Positions 18,960-19,220 of a DNA stretch of 19,220 nucleotides are shown piece by piece. The stretch is from Octopus sinensis (Eukaryota): contig NW_021824264.1 in assembly GCF_006345805.1 (NCBI RefSeq), positions 1-19,220 of the forward strand, read 5' to 3'. The number at the start of each line of letters is the position of its first letter. Positions within the stretch are counted from its first letter, which is position 1. Position numbers and translations under genes: made by a program. The notes under the pieces are model-generated. The model saw nothing but the letters and a program-made list of their open reading frames with translations. It was not told the origin of the DNA and did not search any database.

Positions 18960-19220
18960 GTGATTAACCATTACAATCAAGGGAGGGGTGCAAACCACTT
19001 AAATTTGCTTTTTATTAAATTTATAGATGAATAATGTTTTTTATAGATTTTTCAGAATTATATTAAAAACAAATTTATTTAACGATAGGAAAATAATTTG
19101 CTAATTTCCCTCCGGTTGCTGATTTTTTCATTTGCATTCCTAATATTTTTCTGGAATTATAACAATCTTTCAAAGCTTCAGGAAACAAATTGAAAACGTT
19201 TTCTTCATGTTTATTCATTG

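Noticed and set aside
1-19220. tRNA, rRNA, snRNA or spliced-leader RNA genes as CRE targets
   Set aside because: No recognisable cloverleaf, Sm-site/SL or rRNA signature by eye; a covariance-model scan would be needed to exclude divergent ones.

Overview
AT-rich eukaryotic nuclear DNA read in the standard genetic code. Compact host genes carrying ultra-short (23-30 nt) GT-AG introns are interleaved with many transposable elements. The only host gene recognisable with confidence is DCN1/DCUN1D-like (minus, 9287-10144, six exons). Weaker calls are an NRDE2-like gene (minus, about 1-886) and four unidentified or weakly assigned genes. Mobile DNA comprises three separate CRE-type (RT + restriction-like endonuclease) non-LTR retrotransposon pieces, two of which are invisible in the ORF track; an APE-type LINE with a 3' stem-loop and (TTCA)5 tail; a full-length 2046-bp hAT transposon; a 212-bp hAT-type MITE; a pogo/Tigger-like remnant; and a possible MULE/SWIM remnant next to a two-variant 21-bp minisatellite. 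An intronless, less AT-rich orphan ORF lies at 15482-16430. Almost every coding region, host or TE, is broken by single-base losses in short homopolymers. This suggests unpolished long-read sequence, so pseudogene calls are provisional. All homology calls come from recalled motifs, not database searches. I found no evidence for a wholly new biological system; the tiny-intron gene architecture, the nested retroelement block and the orphan ORF are the best leads.
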